From: a virus
Lineage: Duplodnaviria; Caudoviricetes
DNA: 64,000 nt
Strand: one strand, 5' to 3'
Virus record (IMG/VR): IMGVR_UViG_3300025909_000005
Shown here: positions 52,678 to 62,345 of the stretch, piece by piece
Layout: the number at the start of each line of letters is the position of its first letter
How positions within the stretch are numbered: the first letter of the stretch is position 1
Program-made: the position numbers and the translations under genes
The notes under the pieces: model-generated
Seen by the model: the letters and a program-made list of their open reading frames with translations, nothing else
Database searches by the model: none
What the model was told of the DNA's origin: nothing

Positions 52678-53676
52678 ATGAAGAACATCCTGAAGACCTT
52701 TGGCCCAAACGAGAGTGGCCGTGACTTTGTCATCGGCGACCTCCATGGCGCGTACGACTGCTTTGAGAACCTCCTGCGTGGCATCAACTTCGATGAGAAG
52801 CGCGATCGCATGTTTTCCGTCGGCGACCTCGTCGACCGTGGTCCGAAGCCGCTCGAGTGCCTCGGTCTTCTGCGCAAGAACTGGTTCCATGCTGTGCTCG
52901 CCAATCACGAGCAGATGATGTACGAGGGCTTCAACGGCGGTTACATGGGCGCCTACTGGTTCATGAACGGCGGTGGGTGGGGCATGTCTGCTTGGAACGT
53001 GGCTGAGGCCATCAAGAAGCGCGACTCAGGCCTGCTCGACCCGCAGAACATGCCCATCATCACGGACGATGACTTCGAACTGCTCGACCTACTGCCGCTC
53101 GTTGAAGAGCTGCCGTACCTGATCACGATCAACCACAAGAGTGGGAAGAAGTTCCACATCATCCATGCTGAGCTGCCACCCGGTCATCAGATCACCGATG
53201 ACACTCTGTCCAGCCCTGGCAAGGTCGAAGAGTTGGCCACGATTCAAACGCAGAACGGCGGCGACACGATGTGCTGGGGTCGCTACCTCTTCATGCCGTT
53301 CTACGACCGTGACCTGAACAACCGCAACAAGGTGCTGCGCATCATCAAGCGCGGCCACGCCTTGGGCATGTTCAATGACAAGCTGTCGCACATCATCTCT
53401 GGTCACACGATTCTGAAGCGCCCGCTGACGATTCTCGGTCAAACGAACATCGACACTGAAGCATACGGCTCGTACCCGGAGAAGCGCGGGTCGCAGTACG
53501 GCGTTGCTGGCTACGAGCGGCCTGCTCCTCAGTGGAAGGGTTTGACGTGCGTCAACTTGGATGACTGGACGTTTGTCAACGCGACACCCACCCAGTTTCG
53601 CGAAGTCGAGCCGATGGTTGTAAATAGACAGGATCTTCTGGATTTATCGGAAGATGAGGAGCCCAAAGATGAGTGA
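52678..53676 (+). CDS. metallophosphoesterase (PphA/NinI-like Ser/Thr phosphatase)
   Basis: GDLHG, GDLVDRG, ANHE, HAE, SGHT. Confidence 0.87.
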   Translation: MKNILKTFGPNESGRDFVIGDLHGAYDCFENLLRGINFDEKRDRMFSVGDLVDRGPKPLECLGLLRKNWFHAVLANHEQMMYEGFNGGYMGAYWFMNGGGWGMSAWNVAEAIKKRDSGLLDPQNMPIITDDDFELLDLLPLVEELPYLITINHKSGKKFHIIHAELPPGHQITDDTLSSPGKVEELATIQTQNGGDTMCWGRYLFMPFYDRDLNNRNKVLRIIKRGHALGMFNDKLSHIISGHTILKRPLTILGQTNIDTEAYGSYPEKRGSQYGVAGYERPAPQWKGLTCVNLDDWTFVNATPTQFREVEPMVVNRQDLLDLSEDEEPKDE

Positions 53677-53878
53677 GATTACCATTCGAATTCCTGTTTC
53701 ACCAGAGCAGGAAGAAGTCATCGCCCTTCACCTGCTGAAGGGAACTGTCTTGGGCATGGTCGAAGACGAGAGAGCGTGGATGCTCGCTCACGCCCGCAAC
53801 CTCCATCCCGGCTGCACGATCAAGGCAGCCGACCTGGACGTTGGTGAGGGTGAATGGGTCCTCGACCTTGAAGTGTAA
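53669..53878 (+). CDS. hypothetical protein
   Basis: RBS GAGGAG. Confidence 0.55.
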   Translation: MSEITIRIPVSPEQEEVIALHLLKGTVLGMVEDERAWMLAHARNLHPGCTIKAADLDVGEGEWVLDLEV

Positions 53879-53929
53879 CAGTTGAACACGTCAACCCTGT
53901 TCGATGTATAATGGGACATCGACAAACGA

Positions 53930-54136
53930 TTGACACCCAGGATCATGTACCGCACCACCCGTCGTGAAGACAACGAAGACAACGTCATTCGCATTGAGCG
54001 TCAGAAGCCCCGTGCTCGCGAGCTCAATGAGACCCTGATGCGTCGCAAGGGCGGTCCGATGAAGAATCCGAAGGACGTCTCTCGCTCCAAGGAAAAGCAA
54101 GCGCTCCGTCGAGGCGACTACAACCTCGAGGAATGA
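53930..54136 (+). CDS. basic hypothetical protein
   Basis: after hairpin-embedded promoter. Confidence 0.55.
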   Translation: MTPRIMYRTTRREDNEDNVIRIERQKPRARELNETLMRRKGGPMKNPKDVSRSKEKQALRRGDYNLEE

Positions 54137-54345
54137 CCATGCACAAGATGAAGGCAGGAGATCTGGTTCGCTTGAACCCGGTCAACATGCAGCCCGCAGA
54201 CCCTCTGCTGGTGCACTCGAACCGCGCCTTCAAAGTGCTGAGCTTCACCGAAGACGGAGTCAACATCGAATCCGTCAAACGCTCGCAGATGATGCACATC
54301 GTCATCTCGGGCATCCGCCGCAACGAGCTACAGTACATCGTATAA
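54133..54345 (+). CDS. hypothetical protein
   Basis: ATGA overlap. Confidence 0.55.
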   Translation: MTMHKMKAGDLVRLNPVNMQPADPLLVHSNRAFKVLSFTEDGVNIESVKRSQMMHIVISGIRRNELQYIV

Positions 54346-54762
54346 ATGGATGAAGACCTGAAGTATGTCGAGAATGAACTCTCGATGAAGTTGAGGGGTG
54401 CGCTCCTCGGCAAGACACTCAATGCGTTTGGCGACGATGGCTTCGGTCAACGTGGCCAACACCCATTTGCGAAGTTCTACAAGATTCTCGACGTCGATGT
54501 TGGCACGTACTTGAAGACATGGAAAGACAAGGGCGACACGATCGAAGCGCAGCTCGTCATTCGCCTCGAAGACTACCACTGGCCAACTCTCGATGCAATC
54601 ACCGATCAGAACCTCGAACTGTCGCTCACGAAGCTCCTCACGGATGCTGGCATGAAGCGCAGCGACCTCGAATTCGTCAACATAAAGACCCAGGTGGTCT
54701 ACGTCGGCTACTCAAGCATGGCCTTCAACCTCGATGTCCCATCTTTGATGGACTGGGCTTAA
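54346..54762 (+). CDS. hypothetical protein
   Basis: 138 aa. Confidence 0.6.
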   Translation: MDEDLKYVENELSMKLRGALLGKTLNAFGDDGFGQRGQHPFAKFYKILDVDVGTYLKTWKDKGDTIEAQLVIRLEDYHWPTLDAITDQNLELSLTKLLTDAGMKRSDLEFVNIKTQVVYVGYSSMAFNLDVPSLMDWA

Positions 54763-54794
54763 CACGTCTTCCTTACTTTGGTGTATAATCGACC

Positions 54795-54992
54795 ATGAAT
54801 CACGCAGAGCTGCAAGCCATCGTCAACGAGAACATGGACAACGCGTTGGACAACGCGCCCGAGTTCATTAAGACGGCGTCAAACCTCGCCATCGCCGAGG
54901 ACATGCTGGAGTACTGTGCAGACTTCGAGTTCCTCGACCTATCGCCTGACGACCTGGTCCCCTTCATCGAAACATGGTGGAACAAGGTATGA
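54795..54992 (+). CDS. acidic hypothetical protein
   Basis: near-leaderless after TATAAT. Confidence 0.6.
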   Translation: MNHAELQAIVNENMDNALDNAPEFIKTASNLAIAEDMLEYCADFEFLDLSPDDLVPFIETWWNKV

Positions 54993-56095
54993 AGATCTAC
55001 ATCGTCGGTGGCGCAGTTCGCGACGCCGCAATGGGCCTGAAAGCTAAGGACGAGGACTACGTCGTCGTTGGCGCGACGCCTGAAGAGATGCTGGCCAAGG
55101 GCTTCAAGCAGGTCGGCGCAGACTTCCCAGTTTTCCTGCACCCGCAGAGCGGTGATGAATGGGCTCTGGCACGGACGGAACGCAAGTCAGGTTCCGGCTA
55201 CCTGGGCTTCGACGTCGAAACTGACGGCGTGACGCTGGAAGAAGACCTGTCGCGTCGCGACCTGACGATGAACGCAATGGCCATCGCCATTGGCTCCACA
55301 GAGATCATCGACCCATTCGGCGGTCTGAACGACATCAAGAACAGGGTGCTGCGCCACATCGGCCCGGCCTTTGCTGAGGACCCGCTGCGCGTCATCCGCC
55401 TGGCTCGCTTCTTTGCTCGCTACGAAGACTTCGTCGTCGCTGAGGAAACTGCCGAGCTGTGCAAGCAGGTGGTCAACAGCGGTGAGCTGGATGCCCTGCC
55501 GTTCGAGCGCTTCTGGGCCGAACTGGAGAAGGTCTTCACTGAGAAGCGGCCTGATCGCTTCTTCCAGGCGCTGCACGAAATGGGTGCGCTGAAGAAGGTG
55601 CGGTTCTTCCAACGCGTCTTTGGCGACACGCCGATCCAAACGCTGATGGGCGTTGCTGAAAAGCTGAAGCTGTCTCAAGAACAGCGCGTTCGTCAGTTCG
55701 TCGCCCTCGTCGGCACGCAGAAGGAACTGAAGAACGTTGCGGCGTCGACCGAGATCATGGACGTGCACCGCAACCTGCGCTTCGCGCGTTCGATCAAGAA
55801 GGTCGTCAACCGAGAAAGCGTGCATGCCTTCATCAAGCAGGCAGGCGGCTTTCAACGCGGTGAACACCACCTGACTCAGCAGTCGCTGGATGCACTGGAC
55901 GCGATCTCGTTGTCTCATCAACTGGGTCTGGATGACTTCTCTTCGCTGGCAGAGGGCTGGTTCATGATGGCCTGGATGAACGCCACGCGTGTAGGACAAG
56001 CCGACTTCCCTGAGCTCTCGGGCAAGGAGCTGGGCGAGGCCATCAAGAACAAGCGCATGGACCTGATCATGAGCTCGATCAACATGTCAACCTGA
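54989..56095 (+). CDS. cca: tRNA nucleotidyltransferase (class II CCA-adding enzyme, short form without HD domain)
   Basis: IVGGAVRD, DEDYVV, ALARTERK, EEDLSRRDLTMNAMA, DPFGG, EDPLRVIRLARF. Confidence 0.93.
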   Translation: MKIYIVGGAVRDAAMGLKAKDEDYVVVGATPEEMLAKGFKQVGADFPVFLHPQSGDEWALARTERKSGSGYLGFDVETDGVTLEEDLSRRDLTMNAMAIAIGSTEIIDPFGGLNDIKNRVLRHIGPAFAEDPLRVIRLARFFARYEDFVVAEETAELCKQVVNSGELDALPFERFWAELEKVFTEKRPDRFFQALHEMGALKKVRFFQRVFGDTPIQTLMGVAEKLKLSQEQRVRQFVALVGTQKELKNVAASTEIMDVHRNLRFARSIKKVVNRESVHAFIKQAGGFQRGEHHLTQQSLDALDAISLSHQLGLDDFSSLAEGWFMMAWMNATRVGQADFPELSGKELGEAIKNKRMDLIMSSINMST

Positions 56096-56155
56096 ACAAT
56101 GGTGTGTATTTCTGGTCACACCGGTCTATAATTCATCATCAACACAAGGAAGCAA

Positions 56156-56440
56156 ATGTCCCGTCAAAGCAAGAATGCTCGCAAGCTGGCCAAGGCCAAG
56201 GAAATCACTGCCCTCCACCTGAAGGGTGAGAAGGCCGCAGCGAAGACCACGCCGCTGCACGGCAAGCGCTGGACGTACCGCCAGAACCCCGAAGTCGCGA
56301 AGCGCATCGCTGAGCAGATCAAGGCCACCTCGGCACCGACCGAGAAGACCTCCGGCAAGAAGATCCTCGAAGGCGCTGGTGGCGCATCGAAGCCTGCCAA
56401 GGGAACTGGCAAGGCCGCTTCGCAAGGCAAGGCCCTCTGA
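56156..56440 (+). CDS. small basic protein
   Basis: Lys/Ala-rich, RBS AAGGA. Confidence 0.7.
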   Translation: MSRQSKNARKLAKAKEITALHLKGEKAAAKTTPLHGKRWTYRQNPEVAKRIAEQIKATSAPTEKTSGKKILEGAGGASKPAKGTGKAASQGKAL

Positions 56441-56580
56441 CCTGAATGAATCCGATTGTAAGACGCGTGAGCGGCTTATAATCAACCACTCATCAAGCAA
56501 CGGCAACGTTAGCAGATGAACTCCCTGTGGGGTAACATTAGTTACCTCGATGATCGTTACTCCTAAAAGGAAGTTACCAA

Positions 56581-57396
56581 ATGAAGAAGTCTTTCCTGGC
56601 TCTCGCAGCCCTCGCTCTGGTCGGCTCGTCCGCATTCGCATGTGAAGGCGGCAACTGCACCATCAGCGGCGTCTCCGGCTCCTACGCCACCGTCAAGGGC
56701 AGCAACACCGTCGTGAGCGGCTCCACCGCCCAGTCGTCTTCGTCCGGCGCCGGCTCTTCGAGCACGTCGTACGCAACGAACACCACGACCGCAACGACCA
56801 CGGTCGGCGCGTCGGCAGCTGCCAACTACGTCGGTGCCAACTGCGACACCACGCTGAGCGGTTCCGCATCGGTGAACGGCTCGGTCGCCCTGACCTCGAC
56901 GTCGGCCGCTGGCAACGTCTCCACCGGCAACGGCTCCGGCTTCGCAGCCGCTGGTGGCCTGGCACAAGGTTCGGTCTCCGGTTCCGGTTCGACTGGTGGC
57001 GTCAGCGCCAACGGTTCGGCTGAACTCGGCGGCGTGACCGGTTCCGCATCCGCTTCCCTCGCTTCCGGCGTTCTCGCTGGCAAGAACCAGGGTGCTTCAG
57101 AAGGTGCCGTCGCTGGCGCCTCCTTCACCTCGAGCATCGCCCTCGGCGTGACGACCACCGGCACCTGCGACCACGGCTGCACGACCACTTCGGACACGAA
57201 GACGGCTTCGACGACCGCCATCGCCACGTCGTACACCGACCAGGCCAAGGGTTCCTTCACGCTCAACGGCGTGACCCTGTCGAACGCGGCAGCTGGCAGC
57301 CTGACCAACGCAACGTCGAGCGCCACGGCTCTCGGCGGTGCACAGGCCGTCGTCGGCAAGACGGTCTCCGTCATCGACGTCAACGCGCAGCACTAA
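56581..57396 (+). CDS. secreted Ser/Gly/Ala/Thr-rich protein
   Basis: signal peptide; low-complexity beta-rich composition. Confidence 0.8.
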   Translation: MKKSFLALAALALVGSSAFACEGGNCTISGVSGSYATVKGSNTVVSGSTAQSSSSGAGSSSTSYATNTTTATTTVGASAAANYVGANCDTTLSGSASVNGSVALTSTSAAGNVSTGNGSGFAAAGGLAQGSVSGSGSTGGVSANGSAELGGVTGSASASLASGVLAGKNQGASEGAVAGASFTSSIALGVTTTGTCDHGCTTTSDTKTASTTAIATSYTDQAKGSFTLNGVTLSNAAAGSLTNATSSATALGGAQAVVGKTVSVIDVNAQH

Positions 57397-57415
57397 GCTC
57401 TCGAGCTGAATGCAA

Positions 57416-57441
57416 GGAGGGACTTCGGTCCCTCCCTTTCC
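57416..57441 (+). terminator. TTCG-loop hairpin (terminator or processing site)
   Basis: GGAGGGAC-TTCG-GTCCCTCC-CTTTC. Confidence 0.7.
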
Positions 57442-57463
57442 TCCTCTCCCCTCTGGAGTACAT

Positions 57464-58192
57464 ATGAAGAAGATTCTCACGGTTTCCGTGTTGATGCTGG
57501 CGTGTTTCGCAGCTTCAGCAGGTACCACCAGCTCGGGCTCCGGTTCGGGTGCAGGTGGTTCGCAGAAGACGGACGTGACCTCGACCGCTGGAGCGACCTC
57601 CAACAACGGTGGTCAGCAGAACGCGCAGAACATCACGTTCACATCACCTGGTGAAACGACCTCGACAATCACGTCGACGGCCACTGTGAACCAGAACGTC
57701 AGCGGCACGCAGACGATCAACAACAACCAGAACGTCAGCGGCGGTACCGATTCGCACGAGCGCATCGACTACGGCACGCAGATCATCCGCAACACGCCAT
57801 CCGTCTCGGGTCCGCCGCTGGTTTCCAGCAACGACACCTGCATGGGCTCGGCTTCCGGTTCGGCCAACATCCCCGGTTTCGGCCTCTCCGTCGGCAAGAC
57901 CTACACGGACGCCAACTGCGTGATGCTGAAGAACGCGCGTGAACTGTGGAACATGGGCATGAAGGGCGCTGCAATGGCTCGCATGTGCATGGACGCGGAA
58001 AACCGCGAAGCACTCGAGATGACCGGCTTCACCTGCCCGCAGACCCTGCGCGCTCGTGGCCAGGCCTACAACGCCGGTGCCACCACGACGACCGTCGTGA
58101 CCACGCCAGCCGCTCCCGCAGCTGACTCATCGGTCTACACGGGCAACGACCCGATCGTTCGTCGCCGCCTCGGCCTTCCGGTCAAGGAATAA
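57464..58192 (+). CDS. secreted protein with Thr/Asn-rich N-terminus and Cys-containing domain
   Basis: signal peptide; TCMGSASG...ANCVMLKNARELWNMG..AAMARMC. Confidence 0.8.
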   Translation: MKKILTVSVLMLACFAASAGTTSSGSGSGAGGSQKTDVTSTAGATSNNGGQQNAQNITFTSPGETTSTITSTATVNQNVSGTQTINNNQNVSGGTDSHERIDYGTQIIRNTPSVSGPPLVSSNDTCMGSASGSANIPGFGLSVGKTYTDANCVMLKNARELWNMGMKGAAMARMCMDAENREALEMTGFTCPQTLRARGQAYNAGATTTTVVTTPAAPAADSSVYTGNDPIVRRRLGLPVKE

Positions 58193-58204
58193 GGAGCTGA
58201 CGCC

Positions 58205-58615
58205 ATGATGAAGCATCTTCTGTTTGCCGTCATGGCAGTCGCCGTTACGGCGGCTTCTGCCCAGACCGTCACCGCCCCTGTCGTCGGTATCGAACGCGAG
58301 ACCCTCGGGTCCGGCACCCCAGGCCAATACGGCTGGGAACAAGCCCAACCCGTTCTCGAGAACGACATCTTCCACGCACCGCAGTACCTGCCGTACTACC
58401 CGACCGCAGCGACCATCTGGCCGCGGATCATTGAAGTTCCATGCGTCCACGTCGGCAATGCGCTGAAGTGCGAAGGCTACCACTTCGACGGCATCTACCG
58501 CGCCGAGTACCTGTTCTTCACGCCGAAGATCGTTGAACCTGCCAAGTCGACCGTCGTGGTCGTCCCAGGTCCCGTGATCCTCAAGGAAGTTCCCGTCAAG
58601 AAGATGAAGGAATAA
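58205..58615 (+). CDS. secreted protein
   Basis: signal peptide; FHAPQY..YPTAATIWPR..EVPC..CEGY..RAEYLFF. Confidence 0.8.
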   Translation: MMKHLLFAVMAVAVTAASAQTVTAPVVGIERETLGSGTPGQYGWEQAQPVLENDIFHAPQYLPYYPTAATIWPRIIEVPCVHVGNALKCEGYHFDGIYRAEYLFFTPKIVEPAKSTVVVVPGPVILKEVPVKKMKE

Positions 58616-58616
58616 T

Positions 58617-58814
58617 GTGGTCTACGCCGTTATCGCACTGATCATTGGCATCGTCTGGCCCCTTATCGGGATACTCGTTGCAGGTCGTGATGACGGCAAT
58701 CGGACCTCAGGGCCACTGGGACTGTGGCTCCTTTTCTTTGTCTTCCCAGGTGCAGCAGTGGCGATCATGTCACTGCTCTTCATCTGCTACCTTCTGATCG
58801 TGCATCACACATGA
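58617..58814 (+). CDS. small membrane protein
   Basis: two TM helices. Confidence 0.55.
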   Translation: MVYAVIALIIGIVWPLIGILVAGRDDGNRTSGPLGLWLLFFVFPGAAVAIMSLLFICYLLIVHHT

Positions 58815-59179
58815 CCGTCGTCGTCTCAATCCTGCTTGCCACCATCTGCTTCACGAAGGCACCAGACGCTCCGCAAGAGTGCCACAATGCCCTCATTGGT
58901 GCAGCAACACCACGTGGTGAGTACACGCTTCAGCAGCGGCTCGTTGAGAGTCCCGGCTACGGCGGCGACGTTCTTCAGTTCAAGGAAGACTCAAAGGATG
59001 GTGAAATCTTCGCCATTCACCGGGTTTGGCTGCTACGACCGTGGGAGCACCGCGAGCAGCGAATCAAGTCGAAGGACCCGAAGGTGAGGCACATCACCAA
59101 GGGTTGCATCAACGTGGAGCCGGCCGTCTACGCAGAACTGGTCGACTGCTGCTCCAACCAAAAGCTGATCATTCAGTAA
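58811..59179 (+). CDS. L,D-transpeptidase (YkuD)-like protein
   Basis: TPRGEY, FAIHRVW...ITKGCINV. Confidence 0.7.
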   Translation: MTVVVSILLATICFTKAPDAPQECHNALIGAATPRGEYTLQQRLVESPGYGGDVLQFKEDSKDGEIFAIHRVWLLRPWEHREQRIKSKDPKVRHITKGCINVEPAVYAELVDCCSNQKLIIQ

Positions 59180-59206
59180 CCACTTTCTCAACTTTGGAAC
59201 TTTACC

Positions 59207-59512
59207 ATGGGACAACCTCCGATCAAGGCCATCACCGAAGCAGCTGACGCGGTCACTACCGCCACGAAGGCGCTGTGGGATCACATCAACTCCCTCGCCG
59301 GCGAGCAGCGTGACAAGGCCATCGCCTACCAGCAGCGCCTCGAGAAGGAAGCAGCCGAGCACCCGAACGGCATGAACGGCGTCATCCTCGACCACCTGAA
59401 GCACAACAACATGCTCATGATGGAACACCTGCACGAGACAGCTGAGCACTTCGCCGGCATCATCGGCAGCTTCCACGTCGGCAAGGCGAAGGAAGACTCG
59501 AAGGCCGAGTGA
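59207..59512 (+). CDS. helical hypothetical protein
   Basis: 101 aa. Confidence 0.65.
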   Translation: MGQPPIKAITEAADAVTTATKALWDHINSLAGEQRDKAIAYQQRLEKEAAEHPNGMNGVILDHLKHNNMLMMEHLHETAEHFAGIIGSFHVGKAKEDSKAE

Positions 59513-59546
59513 TCCTCTAGGTCGTTAGCGACCACTCATCTCTTTC

Positions 59547-59599
59547 AACGGCTCCTTAGCGTGTGATAAAATGAATCATACGTAAGGAGCCGTTTTCGT
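59547..59599 (+). promoter_or_regulatory. long hairpin enclosing the -10 (TGATAAAAT) and sequestering RBS TAAGGAG
   Basis: AACGGCTCCTTA(G)CGTGTGAT / ATCATACGTAAGGAGCCGTT followed by TTCG. Confidence 0.7.
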
Positions 59600-60022
59600 A
59601 TGGGTAAGATGATTTACACGGGTGGTGGTGCGAAGAAGCACGACAAGAAGAAGCCGGGCTGGCAAGCAGCTCAGCAGCAGGAAGCCGAGTGGCTTGCTGG
59701 GATCAACTCAATGAAGGCCTTCAGCACGAGCAAGTGGAAGGGAGCCAAGAAAGCGGCTCCGAGTCCGGTCGTTGGTGTTGTCAAGAGGCAGGTGATCGAC
59801 GGTGTCGTCGTTCAATCCGTGCCGATGGGCGTGGGTGGTGGCACCAAGAAGGTGATTCGCCCTGAGATCGAATACAAGGGCAATGACGAGATGGTCGAAC
59901 GTGAGCGCATTGCCAGGGAGCGAAGGTTCAACATCGCTCCAGCATACAACAAGGGTGGCGACGTGTTCGTCACTGAAGAGGAGCTGGCAAACCAGCTTCG
60001 TGGCAACAAACGGAGAGGCTGA
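59600..60022 (+). CDS. basic hypothetical protein
   Basis: C-terminal IAPAYNKGG motif. Confidence 0.75.
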   Translation: MGKMIYTGGGAKKHDKKKPGWQAAQQQEAEWLAGINSMKAFSTSKWKGAKKAAPSPVVGVVKRQVIDGVVVQSVPMGVGGGTKKVIRPEIEYKGNDEMVERERIARERRFNIAPAYNKGGDVFVTEEELANQLRGNKRRG

Positions 60023-60213
60023 TGACACTGGACGAATACATCAACATGCTCGTGGAATTTGCCGCGTCGAACCCTGGCTCGATCAACATGGACGTGTTCA
60101 CCAGCGGCTACTACGAGCCGAGCATGCCAATCATTGTCGAAACCGAGCCTGGTGACTTTCCAGCAGACTGGAACATGCCGGACCAGTTCATTCACCTCGA
60201 CCAGAACGACTGA
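60022..60213 (+). CDS. hypothetical protein
   Basis: TGATG overlap. Confidence 0.6.
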   Translation: MTLDEYINMLVEFAASNPGSINMDVFTSGYYEPSMPIIVETEPGDFPADWNMPDQFIHLDQND

Positions 60214-60356
60214 CATGGAAATCGTCCACGCGTTAATGTTGTTGCTGTACGCGGTGACGGTTCTCCCACTGATCTACCTGATCGCATACGTGTGCCTAAC
60301 CGTCGGCGTCATCGCTACGGTGGTGGTACTTTTTCTTTTGATCCAGAGGAAACGAA

Positions 60357-60614
60357 ATGAAGCTGCACGAACTCATTCACGAACCGACTCTGGCGGTGAG
60401 GACACAGAGGGCCCTTGAGGGCATGGACTGGAACTTCGACCTTGACGCGACAGATGAGCTGCGCATGGACCGGGGCCAGAAGAAGCTCAAGGAAATCGAG
60501 CGGCTGATCGGCGCGCTGCACTCAGCAAAGCCGGACGTGGCGCAGAACATGTGGGAGACCCACTGCCCGTGGGCGCGTCCAGGATCCCTTCCACTGGGAG
60601 TGCTGCGTCGGTGA
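60357..60614 (+). CDS. hypothetical protein
   Basis: RBS GAGGA. Confidence 0.6.
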   Translation: MKLHELIHEPTLAVRTQRALEGMDWNFDLDATDELRMDRGQKKLKEIERLIGALHSAKPDVAQNMWETHCPWARPGSLPLGVLRR

Positions 60615-60778
60615 CTCCATACTTCGTTGCCATCGTCATCGAGCTTGCGCTCATCTACGGCGTGACACCGTTTCTTTCAAGGTACGGTGACTACGTCGCA
60701 CTCATTTTCGGTGGTGTCATGGTCATGCTGTTGATCATGACGCTCTTTGTTGCCGTCCTACTGAAGGCCATTCCATGA
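60611..60778 (+). CDS. small membrane protein
   Basis: GTGA overlap, two TM helices. Confidence 0.5.
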   Translation: MTPYFVAIVIELALIYGVTPFLSRYGDYVALIFGGVMVMLLIMTLFVAVLLKAIP

Positions 60779-60981
60779 GCTACGGCCTTCGTGAGATCGC
60801 AAGGGACTTGATCGCTGGTCGTCTTCAGCTCTCCTCTGAGGAGCTGGCACGCGAGCGCATCAAGGTGTGTGAGGTATGCCCGTCGTTCAGGGCTGGAACA
60901 AGAACGTGCGCGCTGTGCAACTGCCAGCTCGACATGAAAACAAAAGTGCTGCGTGCCGAGTGCCCAGCAGAAAAGTGGTAA
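60775..60981 (+). CDS. small Cys-rich (zinc-binding) protein
   Basis: RIKVCEVCP..CALCNC..KTK..AECPAEKW. Confidence 0.75.
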   Translation: MSYGLREIARDLIAGRLQLSSEELARERIKVCEVCPSFRAGTRTCALCNCQLDMKTKVLRAECPAEKW

Positions 60982-61532
60982 TGCTAAGAGTCGACGCCCC
61001 CATTACGCAAGAACATTGGAAACCCATCTTTGACGTCATCGTCAGGAACTTTCAAAAGGGAAACTACGAGAAGCTTCTCGGCAAGCCAGTCTACAAGATG
61101 TTTGTACGTGGTCCATGGGGACACACGAACTGGATCTACGTCCTTGCCCGCAAGCCGCATGGTACGTTTGAGATTCAAGGCTGGCTGTTCCTAGCGCAGA
61201 AGACGAATTGGAACTGCTGGGAGGTGGCGCAGTCGTACATCTTCACAGCGTGGCGAGGTCGAGGGCTGGGCACAAAGCTCTACTCGGCTGTGATCCACGA
61301 CGGCGTGCTGCTCGCTTCTGGCAGCCAACAGTCAAAGACTGGACGAGCGATGTGGAAGTCGCTTATCAAGAGCGACAAGTTCAACATCTGGGCCCATGAC
61401 TTCTCGAACCTCGAGATCTTTGGACCAGTTACATACGACCCGGAAACAGATGAACTGTGGAGCGAGCTCGAGATCTATGAGCGAACTTTCTGGGAAGCCA
61501 ATGACATTCGCCTACTGGCGCTAAGGAAGTAA
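60981..61532 (+). CDS. GNAT-fold acetyltransferase-like protein
   Basis: AWRGRGLGTKLY..SQQSKTGRAMWKSL. Confidence 0.65.
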   Translation: MLRVDAPITQEHWKPIFDVIVRNFQKGNYEKLLGKPVYKMFVRGPWGHTNWIYVLARKPHGTFEIQGWLFLAQKTNWNCWEVAQSYIFTAWRGRGLGTKLYSAVIHDGVLLASGSQQSKTGRAMWKSLIKSDKFNIWAHDFSNLEIFGPVTYDPETDELWSELEIYERTFWEANDIRLLALRK

Positions 61533-62345
61533 ATGACATCAGGACTCGTTACAGCAACCATGACTGAGACGGTCGGTGGTGAGTTCATCGACCTCACGGA
61601 CCCGGAGCTGGAGAAGATCCACCTTCACGACATTGCCTGGGCAATCAGCCGACAGTCGCGCTACGCTGGACACACGATGAGCAAGATCCCCTACACCGTT
61701 GCCCAGCACACGGTGATGGTCTCACGCTACGTGGAGGAGGCGCTCACGCCCGACACTGAGCTGTATGGACAGTTTCGTCGCTACCTGGAGGAGCAGTTCA
61801 AGCTGGCTCTGAATGGGCGCAAGGCTTCAGAGAAGACCAACGAAAGCTGCGACAAGTGGAGCCGCGCGCTCGACAAGCACATTCAGTTCTCAAGTGAAGG
61901 CATGGACACGCATCGTCGCATGTACACCCGCCACGGTCTCATGCACGACTACGCCGAGTACATCCTCGTTGACCTTCCAACTCCAGTGAAGCGCCTGCCT
62001 GGCGTCTACGAGGCGTACAAGAAGTACGAGCTCATCTGGGATGCAGCGATGTACAAGAAGTTCCAGCTCGGCTACGGCCCTGAGGGCCTCATGAGCGGAC
62101 CGATCAAGCACCCTGAAATGTGGGAGTTTGGTCTGATCGTCGTGGCTTGGGCTGACATGTACGCGCTGCTGCTTGAAGCGTACCACTTCATGCCATCCCG
62201 TGCAAAGAACTGGAACATCAACATCGAGGGCCCGTCTCTCTCGAAGATCTACAACTTCCGCTGGCCAGTTTCGAACGAGCAGGCCTACCTTGAACTTGTC
62301 GCGCGCCATGAGGAGCTCGACAACCCGGAGCTGATCTATGAATAA
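61533..62345 (+). CDS. HD-domain 5'-deoxynucleotidase (YfbR/YfdR-like)
   Basis: DIAWAISRQSRYAGH, YTVAQH, LMHDYAEY..DLPTPVK. Confidence 0.82.
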   Translation: MTSGLVTATMTETVGGEFIDLTDPELEKIHLHDIAWAISRQSRYAGHTMSKIPYTVAQHTVMVSRYVEEALTPDTELYGQFRRYLEEQFKLALNGRKASEKTNESCDKWSRALDKHIQFSSEGMDTHRRMYTRHGLMHDYAEYILVDLPTPVKRLPGVYEAYKKYELIWDAAMYKKFQLGYGPEGLMSGPIKHPEMWEFGLIVVAWADMYALLLEAYHFMPSRAKNWNINIEGPSLSKIYNFRWPVSNEQAYLELVARHEELDNPELIYE

